A model generated the notes under the pieces. It was not told the origin of the DNA and did no database searches. It worked only from the letters and a program-made list of their open reading frames with translations. This document shows positions 58,806 to 64,000 of a stretch of DNA of 64,000 bases, one piece after another; position 1 is the first letter of the stretch; each line of letters opens with the position of its first letter. A program made the translations under genes and the position numbers. The stretch is taken from positions 416,001 through 480,000 of the forward strand of contig JBEPYN010000001.1 of NCBI GenBank assembly GCA_041641305.1, written 5' to 3'. Origin of the DNA: Nitrososphaerota archaeon (GTDB lineage: Archaea; Thermoproteota; Nitrososphaeria_A; Caldarchaeales; Caldarchaeaceae).

Positions 58806-59789
58806 GTGGTCGCAGGAGTTTTCGAGGCGCCAGCCAGCTCAGCCAACCTCGGGCCCGGATACGATGTTTTCTCCCTGGCCCTGGGGAAGCCTAGGCTGAG
58901 GCTCGGCATCGTAGCCGAGGACAGCGACGAATTTGAGGTTATGATTAAAGCTACTGGAAAATACGGATCGGAAATACCTACAAACCCCGATGAGAACGCC
59001 GCAGCAAAAGCAGCCGAAGCTGTGCTACGCTATAAAAAGATAAGGAAAAAACTGTCAATAACCATAGATGCATCTATTCCACCTCGGAAGGGACTTGGAG
59101 CAAGCGGGGCAGAGGCAGCGGCCGCAGTGTATGGGCTTAACACTCTGCTTGGATTGGGGCTGACGAGGGAGGAAATGGTTGAACTTGCTTCAGCGGCCGA
59201 GCCTGGGCAACATGCGGACAACGTCGCGGCATCTCTTCTAGGAGGGTTTGTCATAACACATAGAGACGAATTCGGGTTTAGCGTCCTCTCACTGAAACCG
59301 CCCGAAAACCTCGGAATCGTGCTGATAATACCTGATGTCAAAAAAAAGTCGACCGCCGCAGCGAGAAAAGCTGTTCCGCAAAATATTGCAACTTCTGTTC
59401 ACGTCAGGATAGCGGCGGAGACCGCTCTCGCGGCCGCGGCGATGGCCCAAGGTGATGTTGACCTTTTTCTAAGAGCTGTTCTCATGGACCCGTTTGTCGA
59501 GCCTGCGAGAGCCGATGCAGGGGTTTACGGCAGTGGCTACACTGCTCAGAAACTTTTACAGGAGAAGCAAGAGCTATACAGAAGGTTTGGCGTTTCACTG
59601 GTTATAAGCGGGGCGGGGCCTTCACGCCTGATTCTGTTTAACAGGACAAGAAACATGGGAAAAGTGGGGGAGAGGCCCGTGGACAAAGCTTTGGAGAAAG
59701 TGGTTCAGGGGCTGGATGAAGATGAAATACGCGTTCTTGAAATATTTGAAACTTTTCCAAACACAACAGGATGTGTAAAAATTTCCTGA
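58806..59789 (+). CDS. thrB: Homoserine kinase
   Basis: APASSANLGPGYD, PPRKGLGASG, HADNVAASLLGG, ISGAGPS. Confidence 0.92.
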   Translation: MVAGVFEAPASSANLGPGYDVFSLALGKPRLRLGIVAEDSDEFEVMIKATGKYGSEIPTNPDENAAAKAAEAVLRYKKIRKKLSITIDASIPPRKGLGASGAEAAAAVYGLNTLLGLGLTREEMVELASAAEPGQHADNVAASLLGGFVITHRDEFGFSVLSLKPPENLGIVLIIPDVKKKSTAAARKAVPQNIATSVHVRIAAETALAAAAMAQGDVDLFLRAVLMDPFVEPARADAGVYGSGYTAQKLLQEKQELYRRFGVSLVISGAGPSRLILFNRTRNMGKVGERPVDKALEKVVQGLDEDEIRVLEIFETFPNTTGCVKIS

Positions 59790-59808
59790 AAAAGACGCGT
59801 TCGGTCTT

Positions 59809-60945
59809 CTACACCTCCTCCAATAGCTGGAAAACCTTCGCAAGCTGGTTGACCGACGCCAGTATGAGGTCTACTTCGTTCTCAAACATATAGTCTAAAC
59901 GTCGGTAGTCGTTGTCCGTAACACCGGCGAAGAGCAGGTTTTCCTGGCTGGTCAACGCTCGTTGATACATTATGTGGTCTTCGGCCGAGTTTCCTACATA
60001 TAGCTTGGGACCTTCGCCGCCGAGTCCTTTGAGAGCTTCGAGAAGTGGGATGGGGCTTGGTTTCTCGAGATAACTGTATTTGACAGGGTCTATGATGATG
60101 TAGTCGCTGATGAACATGCATGCGTCCTTCACGAAATACCGGCTCAGCTCACCGAGCGTTCTCCAAGTCTCCCATGAACCACGGCCCGTGCATAAGCCCA
60201 GCCGTATTCCACGCATCGATAGTTTTTCGAGAGTGTCGCGACTGACTAAGAGTTTTTCTTCATCAAGCTTTCCGCTAAATGAAAAGAATGGCCCCGCGTT
60301 CCTCACCTGTGGGACATTCGCCGAGCCGTAGAAAGCCTCGTCAAAAATAGTGGTTAACGGGCTTTCGCCATATCGTCCACCAGGCTTCAACACCTCCTTC
60401 ACCATCTTGGTCAAGGTTGTGTCAATGCCCATTTTTTCCTCCAAGGACGGTAGGTCAGCCGCCGAACCTGAAAAAGGCGCGACCTTTCCGGACAACTCTC
60501 TCAACCAGTTTTCCACCACCGTGTTTGAGACAGCACCGCGGTCTTGTATGGCTCCCAGCCACTCAGTGAAACTTTTCGCCCTCAGCTCATTCACTCTCTC
60601 GCCAACTTGGTCATCCAGTTCAGCCGAGATTCTATCGACAAGCCATTCAACCAAAAGCTGAATAGTGTTGGCGTCGTTGTTGAAGCTGCCTATTGCCCTT
60701 ATGTCGTAGATTGTTTCCTGTTTGATGGATGAGACATCTAGCGTGTAGCCCGTCAACACGCGTGTCAAATAAACAGTTACTTCTTGGATAACCTTGTCAT
60801 AGGAGGTTCTCTCGTCAATCAACACACCATCGCAGTCAAAAATTATACCACATACCCTAGAGAGAGATTCTAACGATGAGAACTTTACGTAGACTGTGCC
60901 CACACTCGTCCGGTACTCCAAGTATTTTCTCTCAGGAGGTTCCAA
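59809..60945 (-). CDS. HAD-superfamily hydrolase
   Basis: FDCDGVL, CTGR, KPSP, YVGNSAED. Confidence 0.8.
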   Translation of the reverse strand: MEPPERKYLEYRTSVGTVYVKFSSLESLSRVCGIIFDCDGVLIDERTSYDKVIQEVTVYLTRVLTGYTLDVSSIKQETIYDIRAIGSFNNDANTIQLLVEWLVDRISAELDDQVGERVNELRAKSFTEWLGAIQDRGAVSNTVVENWLRELSGKVAPFSGSAADLPSLEEKMGIDTTLTKMVKEVLKPGGRYGESPLTTIFDEAFYGSANVPQVRNAGPFFSFSGKLDEEKLLVSRDTLEKLSMRGIRLGLCTGRGSWETWRTLGELSRYFVKDACMFISDYIIIDPVKYSYLEKPSPIPLLEALKGLGGEGPKLYVGNSAEDHIMYQRALTSQENLLFAGVTDNDYRRLDYMFENEVDLILASVNQLAKVFQLLEEV

Positions 60946-61016
60946 GAGCTTCCCAGAATGCTGTTACTGATGATGCATCTTAAAGATTTTTAAGCCGTTC
61001 CGAGCGTTGGACACAT

Positions 61017-61382
61017 ATGTCTAAGGTGAGAACCATAGGCTGGGATGACTTGGAATGGGAAAGAGTGCGAGACGATTTTCTCAGAAAAATAGTTTCCGGA
61101 GAGAAGGTTATGGTTGCGAAGCTGTTGCTTAAGAAGGGGGCCCACGTGCAGTTGCATAGACATGAGAATGAGCAGTTGACGGTGGTTCTTGAGGGCAACA
61201 TCAGGTTCTGGTTTGACGACAACACAGAGCTTGTCGCGAAGACCGGCGAAGTGGTCATAATTCCGTCGAATGTGGGACATGCTGCCGAAGCCCTCGAGGA
61301 CACAGTAACTTTTGACATTTTTGCACCTCCGCGAGAAGATTGGCTAACCGGGCGAGACCACTACCTACGTAACAGGACCTAG
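61017..61382 (+). CDS. Cupin-domain protein
   Basis: HRHENEQ...IPSNVGH...DIFAPPRED. Confidence 0.88.
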   Translation: MSKVRTIGWDDLEWERVRDDFLRKIVSGEKVMVAKLLLKKGAHVQLHRHENEQLTVVLEGNIRFWFDDNTELVAKTGEVVIIPSNVGHAAEALEDTVTFDIFAPPREDWLTGRDHYLRNRT

Positions 61383-61723
61383 GTTTTTTCGTAGAAAATC
61401 CATTCTTTCATCAGTCGTTCGTGCCAGTCAATCGTCTCCTCTATGACCGTGTAAAGCTCCGTTAGCTGCGCTATCTTCACCGCGAGCAGATGATAGCACA
61501 TAGGTTTTTCGTGGCTCATAACCCTGAAGAAAAAGTCTTCACAACTGCAGTAACCGGCGTCAGGTAAAACGAGATAGTCTCGTGTTTTTCCCACAACCAC
61601 CCACCTCACCCTATCACCCGGCTTGAAAACATACTTCTTGACACGCTTCATTTTTACAGTTTCGTAGGCCTCTTGGAAAAGCTCAGGATTCTCTCTCTCA
61701 AGTTTAGAAAGCTCTGTGTTCAA
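61379..61723 (-). CDS. SWIM zinc-finger protein
   Basis: YCSCEDF...CYHLLA. Confidence 0.85.
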   Translation of the reverse strand: MNTELSKLERENPELFQEAYETVKMKRVKKYVFKPGDRVRWVVVGKTRDYLVLPDAGYCSCEDFFFRVMSHEKPMCYHLLAVKIAQLTELYTVIEETIDWHERLMKEWIFYEKT

Positions 61724-62505
61724 CTGACCAGCCTCCGCAGCTCAGCGAGCGTGCCGAGAAAGGTGCCGTCGAGTCCTATAACCTCTGCTTCATCGAGGTC
61801 GAATGCGCCCGACCTCAGCAAAGGCCCCCTCGTTAGACTGCTTTGGCTCAGCTCTGTGACAGACCGTCCCTGCATGATTTTGTTGAAGCTGGGCATGATG
61901 ATGAGAAAGATTTCAGACGGGGACGGTGGGGCATCTGTTTTGAAGAGCTTTGTGAATAGCTTTCGTCTATCACCCCTTATCCGCAGCCAGACACCCATTC
62001 TTACTGATGAGCCGCCTCTTCCTATCCTCAGTACAGGATGTAGGTGACCAGTCACAACAACATCCATGGACACCACGTCGATAGAGGGCTTTACGTGACC
62101 ATGCGTAAACCCAACAGACTCCTCCTCCACAATAAACCCGTCAGCCGGACAAAACTTGGCGTATCCAGATAAAACCTTCTCAATCTTTCCGTCGTGGTTG
62201 CCCGGTAGGACAATCAATTCATCTACAAGTCGCTTTACCGGGTTAACAAATTTTGGGACAATTTCATACTCTAGCCTTGAGAGGCCTTGAACGTTGTGTT
62301 TAAGGTCACCGACCACGATCAGTCTCTTCGCACCCGTTGACTCCACGACGTTAACCAACTCGTCGACGATTTTGAGGCTCTGCAGCGGGACTCGGACGCC
62401 TTTGCTGCGAAGCTCTTCCTCAAACCCGAGATGAAGGTCCGCGACTGCAAGTGTTTTCACCGGTTTTTCGAGCAGAAGCGCCCCATGGCCCTCGACGAGC
62501 TTCAT
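61720..62505 (-). CDS. Metallophosphoesterase (calcineurin-like, SbcD/Mre11-related)
   Basis: ADLHLG, GDLKH, GNHD, THGH, GHLHP. Confidence 0.88.
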   Translation of the reverse strand: MKLVEGHGALLLEKPVKTLAVADLHLGFEEELRSKGVRVPLQSLKIVDELVNVVESTGAKRLIVVGDLKHNVQGLSRLEYEIVPKFVNPVKRLVDELIVLPGNHDGKIEKVLSGYAKFCPADGFIVEEESVGFTHGHVKPSIDVVSMDVVVTGHLHPVLRIGRGGSSVRMGVWLRIRGDRRKLFTKLFKTDAPPSPSEIFLIIMPSFNKIMQGRSVTELSQSSLTRGPLLRSGAFDLDEAEVIGLDGTFLGTLAELRRLVS

Positions 62506-63602
62506 GACTTGGTCAGCTCAGCCAGCTTCTCGGGAAGGTAGTCGGATACTATGTATTCGAGGCCGTAGCGGCTGAGGGCCTCGAGCTCCGCTTTTTTCTG
62601 GAGTTTTTTGAAGTTGGTTATCTCGCGTTTCCAAGGGTCTGAGACATAGCGTGGATCTTTCTCAAGCTCCGACACTCGTCGGATGTCTTCGTCGTTGAAC
62701 TTCATGGCGGGCAGCTTGTATTTTGTGATGTCGCTTGCCCATAGACCCGCCCAGACAGCGTCGGGAACATTCAGTTCTCTGACGTGGGCCGAGAGGGCTG
62801 AGCCGAACACTATCACGCTCGCTATGTGCATACCCCATGGGTCGGCGTCCGTGAAGATGTAGACCGGCAATCCGAGCTCCGCGTTAAGTCTGCGGATGAA
62901 TTTGCGCGTAGCCCGTGGAGCTTGACCCGCGGTGTGGACTACAATCGCCTTGTACTTGGAGGGTACGTTCTCTTCGAGAAATCTCTGGTATATTGCGCCT
63001 TTTTCCACGACGAAGACCTGCTTGGCCGATGATTTTACGAATTTGGCGGTGGTCATGGCGGGGCCTATCATAGCGCCGTCTGGAATGGTTGTGAGGTCAA
63101 GCCTTCTGCCCTCGTAGCCCGGTACATCATATTCTATGGTCAGGGGGCCAAAGACGCTTGAACGTTCTTCGGGATAGATGTTGAAGTCTTCGCGTACGGT
63201 GCCTATGATGGTTTCGAGCTCTGTTACAGCTTCGTCGCTTTCCTGCTGGTCCTCGAAATCGACGTCATAGCCTAAGGCGTTGTAGAAAGCGTCTCTTAGG
63301 GTGCTTGTTTTCCGTGAGCGTATGAGCTGGGAGGCGAACATCGTCATCCAGCAAAGCTGTGCAAGCGGCCTCAGGTGTTTGATGTTTCTGGCTGTCCTAA
63401 CAATCTTCCTGTCCCCCAGCACGTATTGCCTCAGCTCGGCGTTGTACTCTATGTTGGCTGTTGTCCTCGCGGGGATGGCTACCTCGGGAAACTCTCCTTG
63501 CTCCATGCTCTTGACAATTGTTTCAGCGAACTTTGTGATGCTCCTCAGAACCCTGTCTCTCGTGTCCTCCTTATTCTGAAGTTGTTTTGCTTTTTTCACC
63601 AC
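62502..63602 (-). CDS. top6A: DNA topoisomerase VI subunit A
   Basis: TLRDAFY catalytic Tyr, VVEK, DADPWG, KAELEAL. Confidence 0.95.
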   Translation of the reverse strand: MVKKAKQLQNKEDTRDRVLRSITKFAETIVKSMEQGEFPEVAIPARTTANIEYNAELRQYVLGDRKIVRTARNIKHLRPLAQLCWMTMFASQLIRSRKTSTLRDAFYNALGYDVDFEDQQESDEAVTELETIIGTVREDFNIYPEERSSVFGPLTIEYDVPGYEGRRLDLTTIPDGAMIGPAMTTAKFVKSSAKQVFVVEKGAIYQRFLEENVPSKYKAIVVHTAGQAPRATRKFIRRLNAELGLPVYIFTDADPWGMHIASVIVFGSALSAHVRELNVPDAVWAGLWASDITKYKLPAMKFNDEDIRRVSELEKDPRYVSDPWKREITNFKKLQKKAELEALSRYGLEYIVSDYLPEKLAELTKS

Positions 63603-63631
63603 CTATGCCATGGTTCACGCGGTTCTTAAAT

Positions 63632-64000
63632 CTACATCATAAGGATTCTGGAGATTGCCAGAGCCGCGTCGAGGAAAGGTGTTGGATAAATGCCTATCAC
63701 TATAGCTGATGCGGCGAGAGCCAGAAGCGAGAACCGCATACCAGCCGTCACCGGCTTTTTGAGTTGGAGTGTGGGAGAGACCTCTTTGAGGAAAATTGTT
63801 TGGACGAGTCTCATGTAATATGCCACGCTGACCAAGATGTTGATTATCATTATGGCGGCTAGGATTGGGTAGATGCCTCCTGCTTGAAGGGCTGCCGTGA
63901 CTATGGTGAACTCGCTCCAGAAGACGTTTAGACCAGGTATTCCAGCGAGGGAGAAGGCGCCTATGCCGAAACAAGTGGCGGCCAGTGGCAGTTTCTTACC
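63632..64000 (-). CDS. nuoN: NADH-quinone oxidoreductase subunit N-like (3' part, truncated by window edge)
   Basis: FSLAGIPGLNVFWSEF...VSVAYYMRLV...GIYP. Confidence 0.7.
   Translation of the reverse strand, partial: GKKLPLAATCFGIGAFSLAGIPGLNVFWSEFTIVTAALQAGGIYPILAAIMIINILVSVAYYMRLVQTIFLKEVSPTLQLKKPVTAGMRFSLLALAASAIVIGIYPTPFLDAALAISRILMM

Noticed and set aside
1037-63974. Numerous antisense or alternate-frame ORFs in the track (e.g. 7488-8195, 5622-6209, 36241-36774)
   Set aside because: They are shadows of well-supported genes and have no recognisable motifs.

Overview
Compact thermophilic archaeal chromosome segment. Gene content points to a TACK lineage and resembles Aigarchaeota/Caldarchaeales; that assignment is inference. 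In order, the window contains: a type IV pilus/TackOD1 locus; tRNA-Val and tgtA; a LysW-dependent lysine/arginine cluster with argGH; an IS110-like gene flanked by highly structured non-coding DNA; a type III-A CRISPR-Cas locus (cas10-csm2-5, cas6, a CARF gene, two arrays with the same 25-bp repeat); a deleted IS5-family element; housekeeping genes including scattered nuoL/M/N; tRNA-Asp followed by an NnrS-like/hemerythrin/NosL-thioredoxin/two-domain multicopper oxidase module; and top6A. The top finding is a 27-nt canonical bulge-helix-bulge (tRNA-type) intron at 13820-13846. It carries an in-frame TGA and lies inside the arginine-synthetase (ArcE)/cPGS-like gene of the Arg/Lys cluster. Cleavage at the standard BHB positions exactly restores the conserved GAAGRDFHNFN motif. 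Other notable signals are five hairpin modules with an invariant apex and different closing stems upstream of the IS110-like gene, a LysW ending in EDWGQ, and a copper-oxidase cassette bracketed by a duplicated 3' gene end.
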